Positions 48,925 to 57,997 of a DNA stretch of 64,000 nt are shown piece by piece. The DNA comes from an uncultured Chlamydiae bacterium (GTDB lineage: Bacteria > Chlamydiota > Chlamydiia > Chlamydiales > JAJFMA01). How positions within the stretch are numbered: position 1 is the first letter of the stretch; each line of letters begins with the position of its first letter. The position numbers and the translations under genes are program-made. Under the pieces are notes generated by a model. It saw only the letters and a list, made by a program, of their open reading frames with translations, was not told where the DNA came from and searched no databases. The stretch spans positions 1,216,001 to 1,280,000 of the forward strand of contig CAVQMM010000001.1 in NCBI GenBank assembly GCA_963713615.1, in the 5' to 3' direction.

Positions 48925-49461
48925 TCAACTACTTACCCTCATTTTTTTCAATGCCAGAGAAGCGCGGTCCTTAACGGCTGCATAGTTCAAATCCGATCCA
49001 CAATTTTTAATCGCAATTCGCAAAGCCTCGGCGGCAGCTGCTTCCATTTTCAATTTTAGCAAGCAATCAGCAGCATGATAATAAGGTAGAGGATCTGTAG
49101 GATCTCCTATACTAGCCTGCTGATAACTAGCTAATGCCAGCTTGTACTCGCCACTGCGATGATGGCATGCTGCCAAAGCAAAAGCCCATTTGTGCTCTAT
49201 AGGGCATAACATGACTAACATTATCAATATCTTCTTCGCTTCGCTAAATTTTCCCGCCGCATACAATTGATAGGATTTTTTGTAGTACCCCTCTAGCGAC
49301 GAGGGAGTCAAACCTAGACATTCTAATGCGGATAATCCGGTATTCATAGAATTCAGCATCACTCGTGTAACGAAATCAGAAATTGTCTTTATCTCTGCTG
49401 ATGAAGCCAGTTTAGCCTCAGCGTCTTGGACTTGCTGTTGTATGACTTCGCTCTCATCCAT
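48925..49461 (-). CDS. SycD/LcrH family (class II) T3SS chaperone, TPR
   Basis: Y..SYQLYAAGKFSEA, DPTDPLPYYHAADCLL pattern; size typical for the family. Confidence 0.8.
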   Translation of the reverse strand: MDESEVIQQQVQDAEAKLASSAEIKTISDFVTRVMLNSMNTGLSALECLGLTPSSLEGYYKKSYQLYAAGKFSEAKKILIMLVMLCPIEHKWAFALAACHHRSGEYKLALASYQQASIGDPTDPLPYYHAADCLLKLKMEAAAAEALRIAIKNCGSDLNYAAVKDRASLALKKMRVSS

Positions 49462-49569
49462 GTCGTACCTCTCGCTGCACTCTTCTTGGCTCTGTCGCAT
49501 TTTCCAAAAAACATACAGGTTTTCTTAGATGTATTTAAACACATCATACTAGCATTGCCCCTTACAGCT

Positions 49570-49598
49570 ATTTTAATTATTATTTTTCGGGTTGTCAA
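49570..49598 (-). promoter_or_regulatory. Near-consensus sigma70/66 promoter for chaperone-translocator pair
   Basis: TTGACA-17bp-TAAAAT. Confidence 0.65.
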
Positions 49599-49631
49599 AT
49601 AATTTTATTAAGAAATATTTGACCTGCTTCC

Positions 49632-49753
49632 CTGTGGCACAGTCATTCCATGACTGCGAGGACGCTTGCAAAACACACCGTTACCATCATTTCACGTCTC
49701 CACAAGGGCATTAGGTTTGCGCCAACCGCAGTCATGGAATGACTGCGCCACAG
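49632..49753. repeat. REPIN-like doublet (family B)
   Basis: ctgtggcacagtcattccatgactgcg / cgcagtcatggaatgactgcgccacag. Confidence 0.75.
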
Positions 49754-49775
49754 AAGGCCACTCTAACATCGCTTC

Positions 49776-49805
49776 TTGAGAGCCCAAGATTTCTGCAATT
49801 ACCTC
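49776..49805 (-). mobile_element. Solo left-type end of the GAGGTAATTGCAGAA element
   Basis: Reverse complement reads gaggtaattgcagaaatcttgggctctca, similar to the left end of copies A and C. Confidence 0.7.
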
Positions 49806-49817
49806 ATGAAGACTTTC

Positions 49818-52220
49818 TTATCTTAAACGCAGAGCATTAAACAAGACGAGTAGGCTACTAGCAACCATGGCTATAGCCGAATAGATAGGGGTTAAGGCGC
49901 CGCCCATTGCCAGGCCAATACCCACAATATTGTACGAAAAAGCCCAACCAATGTTCTGTGAGATAATACGACGCGAGCGACATGCTTGCTTTCTAGCCAC
50001 CGCGATACCATCCAAGTTGTCAGACGCCAGCAGAATATCAGAGACTTGAATGGAAACATCAGTAGCCGACACAACGGAAATACCGATATGCGCACCTGCC
50101 AGAGCGGAGGCATCGTTGACTCCGTCGCCGACCATGGCAATCCTATGACCCCGAGAACGCAAATCCTCAATGAACTGCCGTTTTTCCAAAGGGGAGAAGC
50201 CCGCTCTCCAATCGCTAAACCCGCAACGCTTGGCGACATCGGCAACAGAGGCTATGGCATCGCCAGAGACCAAGTAGCTTTTTGCAGGCATCGTGCACTG
50301 CACTGCATTAGCGGCCCCTTCCCGCAGATCATCACCTAAAATAATTCGTGCTAAACAGCTCCCTTCCTTGGCGAATAATACATGGGAAGCAATTTCAGCA
50401 GCATTGTCCGAAGTCATAGCAGGCAAGGGCTGCACGTTAAACTGCTGCAACAAAACCTCTGAACCCAGCAAATACCTTCGCCCCTGATAACTGCCCAAAA
50501 TTCCCCGCCCAACAATCTCTTCTACTTGCTCTAAGGGAAACACTGGATCTTCTATGGATTGCATAATAGCTGCAGAAAGCGGATGAATGGACTGCGATGC
50601 CAATCCCTTTAAAATACGACGCTCTTCTGGGGTCAACCTCTCCAATCCATTGCGCACCTCAAAGCATCCCTTGGTGATCGTACCCGTCTTATCAAAGACT
50701 ACAGCAGTCTCCCTACCAAGATGACGCAGACAGGCTCGATTCCGAACAATCACCCCTGCGGCGGCTAAGGAATTCATCAGCAAAGACTCCGCCAAGGGGC
50801 CGGCGATGCCAATGGCACAGGGACACGAAATCAACAAAACGGCCATCGCCCTCAAGATAGCCGTTTCTAAGGAGGTATGTCCTTTCTCCGCGGTACCACT
50901 AAACAGGACATAACCCACGGTCACGCATGCCAACGCAATCACTATTGGCACGAACCATCGCGTCACTGCATCAGCAGCGCGGACATATGTCCCCTTGTGT
51001 TGCAAGTCTTGCTCAACCATTCCCACAACTTGCTGTAAGAGAGACTGCTCTTGAGTTGTGGTTACCCTGTAGACAAGACTCCCCTGCTTAATCACGGTTC
51101 CGCTAAGAACATCGCTATCTTGACGCTTCACCACTGGGAGAGCTTCTCCGGTCATCACCGATTGATCAACAGTAGCTTGCCCTTCAACAACAACACCCTC
51201 TAAGACAATCTTTTCGCCCATTAGGGCGACAAGTAGATCTCCGGGTCTGACATCTTTTAGCGCCACAAAAGCCTCGGTTCCATCTTCCTCACGACGACGT
51301 GCACGCCTAGGCAGGTAGCGAGCCAGTTGCAAAATAGACTCTTTAGCCGAAAACTTAGCTCTTGTTTCGATGATCTTGCCTAGCAATACGAAGGTAACAA
51401 TGACTGATAATGCATCAAAATAAACATGCATTTCCCCCAAGACCACTTCATAGGTGGAATAGCCAAAAGAGGCGGCGATGGCCAAAACGACCAGGCTCTC
51501 CATGCCAAAGAAACCCGCACGTGCTCCGGTCCAAGCATGGCGATACAGAGGCCACGCACAATAGATCACCACTGGAAGGGCTGCTAGCCAGGAAAGCCAT
51601 CCAAAAAATTGGGAAAAGCCAGCAGTTTCGTTATTGAAGTAGCTTGCATAGATGGGATACGAAAACATCATGATGTTAAGGGCGCAGAAGGCGGCGATCA
51701 CAAAACGCAAGTAGAGCGAGCGGCTAACCTTTCCAGCGACGCGATCCTCTAATGGAATGGGATGATAGCCAAACCCTCGAATGGCCTCCATCAGCGATTC
51801 CTTGGAGGTCTTTAATGGTGAAAATTCGATGATCGCGATGTCAGTGGCATAATCGACCACACAGCGATAAGCTCCTCGGACATTCATCACAATCCATTGG
51901 ATCACCTGAGCACAACTTGGACACCACAAATCGCTAATTTCTAGATGAATTTTCTGTCGCTCGTCGTCACCACTGGCCTCCTGACTACGATCACGCAGAC
52001 GTTCTAGCAACGTTGCGTTGGAGATCAACCCAGCCACTACAGCACGTTGAAATACGGGGCTCTGTTCGAAGGAAGCGAGTTCATTTCTGGCCGAGAGGAT
52101 ATTGTAGACAGCATGACATCCTGGACAACAGAAGCTTTTGCCCGCGTCTGAAATAGGACGCTTGCCCACAGGTATGGAACAAAGGGAACAAGCCTCTGAA
52201 GTTTCTGCGTGTTTTGTCAT
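49818..52220 (-). CDS. Heavy-metal translocating P1B-type ATPase (CcoI/FixI-like)
   Basis: N-terminal CSLC..FCCPGC, CPSC, TGE, CPC, DKTGT, HP, GDGVND. Confidence 0.92.
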   Translation of the reverse strand: MTKHAETSEACSLCSIPVGKRPISDAGKSFCCPGCHAVYNILSARNELASFEQSPVFQRAVVAGLISNATLLERLRDRSQEASGDDERQKIHLEISDLWCPSCAQVIQWIVMNVRGAYRCVVDYATDIAIIEFSPLKTSKESLMEAIRGFGYHPIPLEDRVAGKVSRSLYLRFVIAAFCALNIMMFSYPIYASYFNNETAGFSQFFGWLSWLAALPVVIYCAWPLYRHAWTGARAGFFGMESLVVLAIAASFGYSTYEVVLGEMHVYFDALSVIVTFVLLGKIIETRAKFSAKESILQLARYLPRRARRREEDGTEAFVALKDVRPGDLLVALMGEKIVLEGVVVEGQATVDQSVMTGEALPVVKRQDSDVLSGTVIKQGSLVYRVTTTQEQSLLQQVVGMVEQDLQHKGTYVRAADAVTRWFVPIVIALACVTVGYVLFSGTAEKGHTSLETAILRAMAVLLISCPCAIGIAGPLAESLLMNSLAAAGVIVRNRACLRHLGRETAVVFDKTGTITKGCFEVRNGLERLTPEERRILKGLASQSIHPLSAAIMQSIEDPVFPLEQVEEIVGRGILGSYQGRRYLLGSEVLLQQFNVQPLPAMTSDNAAEIASHVLFAKEGSCLARIILGDDLREGAANAVQCTMPAKSYLVSGDAIASVADVAKRCGFSDWRAGFSPLEKRQFIEDLRSRGHRIAMVGDGVNDASALAGAHIGISVVSATDVSIQVSDILLASDNLDGIAVARKQACRSRRIISQNIGWAFSYNIVGIGLAMGGALTPIYSAIAMVASSLLVLFNALRLR

Positions 52221-52356
52221 CATAGGGCCATATGAATACCTGCTTTACAGTAGTTCGTGTAGCTTTTTTTTAACGCAAGGGCGCAAAAGGCGCAAACACT
52301 TGTTACTTGGAAGTGCGGTCGTTCTTGAAGGGGCTAAAGGACGAAAAGGACATAAA

Positions 52357-53062
52357 GAGGTAATTGCAAAATTATTTGAGCCCTTGAGAATCGATTCTTG
52401 GGAAAAAAGGTTATCTTTTTTGGCTAGTAGGCGATTCTAGAGAGCTCAGGCAGCATGGCACTATCTGGTGTGGACACAGACTTTTATCACTTCCCAGGCC
52501 CGAAGGGTCGATATTGCAACAGGCCATGGCATCGCCATGGTATAGGCCAGGAAGGGATTTCGCAGTCTGAAGGACTGCTACAAGACGCCAGTTTACAAAC
52601 ACCATTTATGCATGCGCTTTATGGCAGCCCTACAGGCTGCTAAAACCGTTTTGCCATATACCATGGCGATGCCACATAGGCCTCAACCTAACAGGTCTTT
52701 TGAGCTTATATCTCAATGACTTAGGACTTCACAATCGTATCTCGGCGCGCAGCGCTTTGGAGTGCGGTCGCTTGCGACCGCTTTTCGTTCCTTGGGACGG
52801 CAATGCTAAACGGCATTGTATGGATTCGTCGAAGGCTGCATGTACTAACTATTTTACCCTTAGGGAATTATAGTAATGCCGTTGCACACGACCGTCGCAA
52901 GGAACCCAAAGCGGTCGCAAGCGACCGCACTCCAAAGCGCTGCGCGCCGAGATACGATTGTTAGGCTTAGGTTGAGGCCTATGTGGCGATGCCATGGCCT
53001 GTTGCAATATCGACCCTTCGGGCCTGGGAAGGGAATGACTCTCTCTTCACCGGCATCCGATT
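52357..53062 (+). mobile_element. Composite element copy D, right IR missing
   Basis: Same module order as copy A and same outer flank ggacataaa. Confidence 0.85.
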
Positions 53063-53167
53063 AAACCTCAAAAAGCTGCGGAAGTAGCAGTAATCCTTGA
53101 AGATAGCAAGTCAACGGGCCAGTACTCCCAACTTCCATTGCCCTCCGTAGTTACGGAAGAATTCGAC

Positions 53168-53327
53168 GGCCTTGTTCACCTTTACGGTCAGAATTTCGGT
53201 CGGACGAAAAAGGTCGGATGTCGTGGTTTGTGACGAGGGCATAGCGCCAGCTATGTCCGAGGAGCAAAACGCGACAGACGATCCTTTTGCAGTCGACCGA
53301 AAACTGACCGCAAAGGTGAATAAGGCC
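53168..53327. mobile_element. 160-bp MITE (GGCCTTG ends) with 8-bp target duplication AATTCGAC
   Basis: Palindromic; TSD directly flanks both ends; identical to 56869-57028. Confidence 0.9.
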
Positions 53328-53398
53328 AATTCGACCTAGTTCACTGAACCACACTAGGGAATGGTCTCTTGTCGCACAAATGTGAACCATCCTTTGCG

Positions 53399-56300
53399 TT
53401 AAAGTTTCACATGAACTGCTTCCTGTAAGCTATTGTAGAGTTCTTTGAGTTCGTTATAACGCTGTTCCATTGTCAGGCGCCACGAAGGTGGAATACCCTG
53501 CCGACACTTCTGGCATGCATCAACCTCATCCTCTGATTTGTCAAGCTTCAGTTCGCAATAGAACTTGCTTTTGAGATTCTCTTGGTCGTTTGTTTCACCG
53601 GCATCGAGGTCTGGTACTGCCACCTCTGCAAGCGGTTGGGTCAAGAGGTGCTGTAGCTTCTCATGGACAGACGCCGATTCATACAAGGCAGGGGTCTCCA
53701 ATAGACTGCGCAAAAATGATTCCAGAACCTCTAAGCGCAGATGCTGAGAAAAAGCCTGAAACGTCTCATAGGACCTCGCTATCGCCGCCACGTTTGAGGC
53801 ACGTTCTCCATCGCCCTGCAACAGGGCATCAATAGCTAAGATTCCAAAGAGAGCCGTTTCGGTGCTTTCAAAACCGCAATTGCCTGTCACTTGCTGTTCA
53901 CGCATAGGATTGAGAGCCTCTAACGCCTTGCATGTCGCATCCTTGGTAGCCTTGAGCTGTTTGAGCAGACTGGGCAATTTCCCCAAGTAGCTTTCATTGT
54001 CTTCCCAAGCAAATTGGCGAAAAATCACTGTCGACAACAGACTTTCATCGATACGATAGACCTCGACAGGCTTGTTGGCTTCGTCGCCACGGTTACACAC
54101 CAGCAAGTAGCCTTTGTGAAACAAGATATTGATTGCGTGCCCAGACCAACCTGTAAGGGCTAATACTGTACCGCCAGCCTCTATCCTCAAGACGGCTTCT
54201 GGAGCCTCTTTCAGCACAGTCTCTAAGTTTCTGACATCGACGACATGACTCAACAATTTAAACAGTGACTCATACTGTGAGTCGTTAAGCAAGTCCACAT
54301 GCTGTTCCCTAAAACTCTCCAGGTTCTGACGCAGAGGAGCGATGAACATGTCCCCCGTGGATCCCTCTAACGGAGCCGAATAGTAGGATACTTCTACATC
54401 GCCAGCTAGCTCCCATGTGTGTGAAAGGATCTTTAGCAGATTCATCACTGTGCCCGGGACCGTACAGTCATAGTCTCGAGCTGTATTGCCATCTTTATCC
54501 TGAATGGCTGTGAGGCTACCATCTAAGGCGATAAGATCTTTAGAAATCGACAAGGATAGGTGTCGATAGGCCTCATGGAGCGCTGTGGACTCGGCGTGGT
54601 CCTGAGCTTTAGGGTTAGCACCACGTTCTAGCAACCATTTGGCCATCTCGGGATGAGACCCTATAGCAGCGTGATGCAACGGAGTCATTCCCTTTTTATC
54701 CTGAACATTGATATCCACGCCTTTCCTGGAAGCATCTTTAGCTTTTACGTAAAGCTCCATTGCCGGCACATTGCCATTAGCAGCGATCACAACCACGCCT
54801 GGAACAGTCTCATCCAAATGGGACATAGCCAGGCTAAACAGAGAGTGGTAAGTAGCCGTCTCTGCTTCGGACAACTCGTCGTCCATGGGGATCTGGGTTA
54901 CCCAATGCAATAGGGATCTATTTTCGGCGTCTATCTGGGCGACGTCAGCCCCTCTCTCGATAAAGAGAGCCGCCGTCTCTAAATTTTTCTCATTGAAGGC
55001 ATAGTATAGAGGCATATTGCCAGCGTTGTCGCTATCCCTAAATGTAAGACCCTGTGCCAACAGATCATCTAGAAAGCTTTCGTCCACCTTCTTACAATAA
55101 CCCAAGGCATGAAGCAGATTTTCACCGGATGTGGTGACGTGTCTAGGATCGGCTCCACGGCTCAACAGAAAGCGGGCAATCTCGAAGTATCCATGATTAA
55201 CGGAAGAGAGCAGAGGAGAAGATCCAGTCGCAGGGCTTGGCGCATTCACGTCTGCGCCACGAAACAGGAGCACTGCGGCACCGGCCTGACGAAGCCCCTC
55301 AGCCCTTTTTTCCCCTGAGACAACAACGCTTAGGGGATTAGGTACGAGACGTTCTAAATCCGTCAGAGTATGCATACTGAAATAGCTGTCTAGAAGCCAA
55401 ACAAGAGCATCCTCCAGGGCGATTGTCATGAGCTCTTTTGAGGAAATATTGGGCACTTTGCCGTTGAAATCTTCCAGTTTTGGATTAGCTCCAAGATTGA
55501 GAAGCCTGCGCACCAGATCTTTTCGCTGATTGTTGACAGCGACATGAAGGGGGGTATCGCCATTAGCATCGACTACGTTGACATTCACTTTTTTGCTGAG
55601 ATTTTCGCAGGCTTTGGTAAGCGCATCGAGAACCTGGATGTTGCCGGCCGTGACGACTAAGGAAACAGCTGAATCATCTGGTTCCTGTCCTAAAGCGATC
55701 TCAAAAAGCTTTACCAACTTGTCGAAAGTCTCTTCAGGCAGGGGATCCTGCGGACCCTTTGCCAGCAAGGAGAGCATAGAAGAAGGGGGAAGTGCTCCGA
55801 ACTTAATGTAAGCGGTGGATAAGTCTATATTGGCCTCTTCCAGGGCGACATGGAGCGCTGTTTTGCCCTCATCGTTGGAACGATCAAGAACCGCACGCTG
55901 ATACACCAAGTCGGTGATCAACGTCTCATCCAAGGAAGGACGTTTTACCATCGCATGAAAGACGGAGTCTCCCTTGGAATCGCGGAAAGAAACATCAGCG
56001 CCCTGTTCGATCAACCAGCGAGTGAGTTCCGAAAATTCGTTGGTCACTGACGAATGCACAGCTTGCGCGCCATCTAACGTACGGACCTTTGCACCCTCTC
56101 TAGCCAGGAATTTCAGCATCTCCAGGGCCTCTTCGGCAGAGCCACTCTTTGCTCGCGCCGCTGCTGTAAACACATGGGGTACGAGTTTCATGACGTCTTC
56201 TAACGATCCCTTTCTGACGATGAATTCTTTGATGATCTCCAGGTCATTATTTTCTAGAGCAGCTCGCAAAAAGCTAGCGACAGCAGGTCTTGGGGACCCA

Positions 56301-56770
56301 TCGCTCAATAACCATTCGACTGCGATAGGATGTTTGTCCGTGTCAACCAGCGCCCATGCATCGAGTAGATAGCCATCGACAATCCGCTTTTCGTTGAGAC
56401 CTCTGTTGTATGCCAGTTGCAGGAATTCGGGACTCTGTAGCTGTTCGGCCCAATCTAAGAGCCCGTTAACGATTGCGATGGAGGCAGGCATTAGTTCGTC
56501 ATGTGTCATGAGCAAGCGCACAACGCCTAGATTAGGGGACGGTTGCCTTAACGCAAGCTCCAAAGCGGCAGCATGCACCGGATACCCGCGCTGCAGACGC
56601 GCACCGACCTTGTCCACATCGCCCGTGTTAATCGCCTCGATGAGTTCCGTGGCCCATTTAAGGCGCTCTTCGCTAAACTGCGACTCCGCCGCAAAAACAG
56701 AGAGCGAGAGCATCAAGAAAATCGACAATGCTAATGATCTAAAATAAATAAATAACATAACAATCATCAC
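53399..56770 (-). CDS. Exported ankyrin-repeat protein with C-terminal AnkH-like cysteine-protease-like domain
   Basis: Signal-peptide-like N-terminus, multiple G.TPLH.A ankyrin repeats, GWSGHAI...CNRG...QQVTGNC. Confidence 0.8.
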   Translation of the reverse strand: MMIVMLFIYFRSLALSIFLMLSLSVFAAESQFSEERLKWATELIEAINTGDVDKVGARLQRGYPVHAAALELALRQPSPNLGVVRLLMTHDELMPASIAIVNGLLDWAEQLQSPEFLQLAYNRGLNEKRIVDGYLLDAWALVDTDKHPIAVEWLLSDGSPRPAVASFLRAALENNDLEIIKEFIVRKGSLEDVMKLVPHVFTAAARAKSGSAEEALEMLKFLAREGAKVRTLDGAQAVHSSVTNEFSELTRWLIEQGADVSFRDSKGDSVFHAMVKRPSLDETLITDLVYQRAVLDRSNDEGKTALHVALEEANIDLSTAYIKFGALPPSSMLSLLAKGPQDPLPEETFDKLVKLFEIALGQEPDDSAVSLVVTAGNIQVLDALTKACENLSKKVNVNVVDANGDTPLHVAVNNQRKDLVRRLLNLGANPKLEDFNGKVPNISSKELMTIALEDALVWLLDSYFSMHTLTDLERLVPNPLSVVVSGEKRAEGLRQAGAAVLLFRGADVNAPSPATGSSPLLSSVNHGYFEIARFLLSRGADPRHVTTSGENLLHALGYCKKVDESFLDDLLAQGLTFRDSDNAGNMPLYYAFNEKNLETAALFIERGADVAQIDAENRSLLHWVTQIPMDDELSEAETATYHSLFSLAMSHLDETVPGVVVIAANGNVPAMELYVKAKDASRKGVDINVQDKKGMTPLHHAAIGSHPEMAKWLLERGANPKAQDHAESTALHEAYRHLSLSISKDLIALDGSLTAIQDKDGNTARDYDCTVPGTVMNLLKILSHTWELAGDVEVSYYSAPLEGSTGDMFIAPLRQNLESFREQHVDLLNDSQYESLFKLLSHVVDVRNLETVLKEAPEAVLRIEAGGTVLALTGWSGHAINILFHKGYLLVCNRGDEANKPVEVYRIDESLLSTVIFRQFAWEDNESYLGKLPSLLKQLKATKDATCKALEALNPMREQQVTGNCGFESTETALFGILAIDALLQGDGERASNVAAIARSYETFQAFSQHLRLEVLESFLRSLLETPALYESASVHEKLQHLLTQPLAEVAVPDLDAGETNDQENLKSKFYCELKLDKSEDEVDACQKCRQGIPPSWRLTMEQRYNELKELYNSLQEAVHVKL

Positions 56771-56790
56771 TTAAATTAATTTATTAGTTA

Positions 56791-56819
56791 ATTATATTAT
56801 AATTCGCAAATAAAATCAA
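56791..56819 (-). promoter_or_regulatory. Putative sigma70/66 promoter of the ankyrin gene
   Basis: TTGATT-17bp-TATAAT. Confidence 0.55.
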
Positions 56820-56868
56820 TAGAAAGCCTAGTGGACAGTAGGAGACAATTGCAGAAGTCTCAAAAGGG

Positions 56869-57028
56869 GGCCTTGTTCACCTTTACGGTCAGAATTTCGG
56901 TCGGACGAAAAAGGTCGGATGTCGTGGTTTGTGACGAGGGCATAGCGCCAGCTATGTCCGAGGAGCAAAACGCGACAGACGATCCTTTTGCAGTCGACCG
57001 AAAACTGACCGCAAAGGTGAATAAGGCC
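56869..57028. mobile_element. 160-bp MITE, second copy, 8-bp target duplication CAAAAGGG
   Basis: Identical to 53168-53327; inserted inside a degenerate GAGGTAATTGCAGAAGT-type element (about 56842-57196). Confidence 0.9.
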
Positions 57029-57391
57029 CAAAAGGGCTGGCTCTGTAGGCTTCCCCTTAAAGCGCTATGGCATTATAGAGACAGGCTTTTATCCCTGGGA
57101 AGGGAAGCGCTTTTGTCTTTCTAAAACTCGATTGCGATTCTTGGCCGCAGCACGGTCTTATAAAACTGTGCTTTTTTACACTTCTGCAATTACCTCAATT
57201 CGTCCATAGCCCAAAGCCACGCGATATCCTTGTTACTTTGAAGCCGTGAGCCACACTAGGGAATGGGAAGCTACAGATATTTTGTCACGCAAATGTGAAC
57301 CATCCTTTGCGCCTTTGCGTTAAAATTTCACACGAATTGCACCATTCAAGTGGATGATTTTTTTGAACAGGCAGTATATCATACGAACGCT

Positions 57392-57997
57392 ATGAAATAC
57401 ATACGCCTACACTACTTCATCCTGCTAAGCACGCTGCTCGCCCTCACAAGCTGTGCACATGAACCCCAACAGCGCCCCACATGGCAACAGATCGCTGGGC
57501 GCGACGACTCTCCAACCTACCGAGCACGAGTACCCTCTACTTGGCGTCGCTTAGACATCGAAGCAAAAACAGACACGACAACATCCCTCTGTGAATTCTT
57601 CATAGATGCCCCTGAAGGCAGCGTGCGCATTGCCGTGCATAACTTTCCGGTCGACGAAATCACAGATCGCATCCCACCAGCTTCGCAAATCGCACGATGG
57701 AAGCGACAACTACACCTAGACTTACCTACGGATGCTCAAGTGATCCCCGTCTCACATGGAGGCTTCACTGGACTATGCCTTAAGGGTTGCGGAGAAAAGG
57801 AGGCTATCTTTGCTTGGGCCATGCAGCTAGCTCCAGCGCATTTCCGTTGCCTTTCTGGTCCGCAATGCCGCCAAATGCGCGGTGACTACACCATTAAGGT
57901 CACTGGGCCAATCTCACTTCTTGAACGACATCAAAGTGCCATCGAGGCTTTTGCACGTAGCTTTGAACTTCTTGAGGAGATACCCGACCTATCATGA
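57392..57997 (+). CDS. Putative lipoprotein
   Basis: Lipobox LTSC after hydrophobic stretch; overlaps next gene (ATGA). Confidence 0.7.
   Translation: MKYIRLHYFILLSTLLALTSCAHEPQQRPTWQQIAGRDDSPTYRARVPSTWRRLDIEAKTDTTTSLCEFFIDAPEGSVRIAVHNFPVDEITDRIPPASQIARWKRQLHLDLPTDAQVIPVSHGGFTGLCLKGCGEKEAIFAWAMQLAPAHFRCLSGPQCRQMRGDYTIKVTGPISLLERHQSAIEAFARSFELLEEIPDLS

Noticed and set aside
53168..57028. Ankyrin gene delivered as a composite transposon of the two 160-bp MITEs
   Set aside because: Each MITE has its own different 8-bp duplication and the outer flanks do not match, so they inserted independently.
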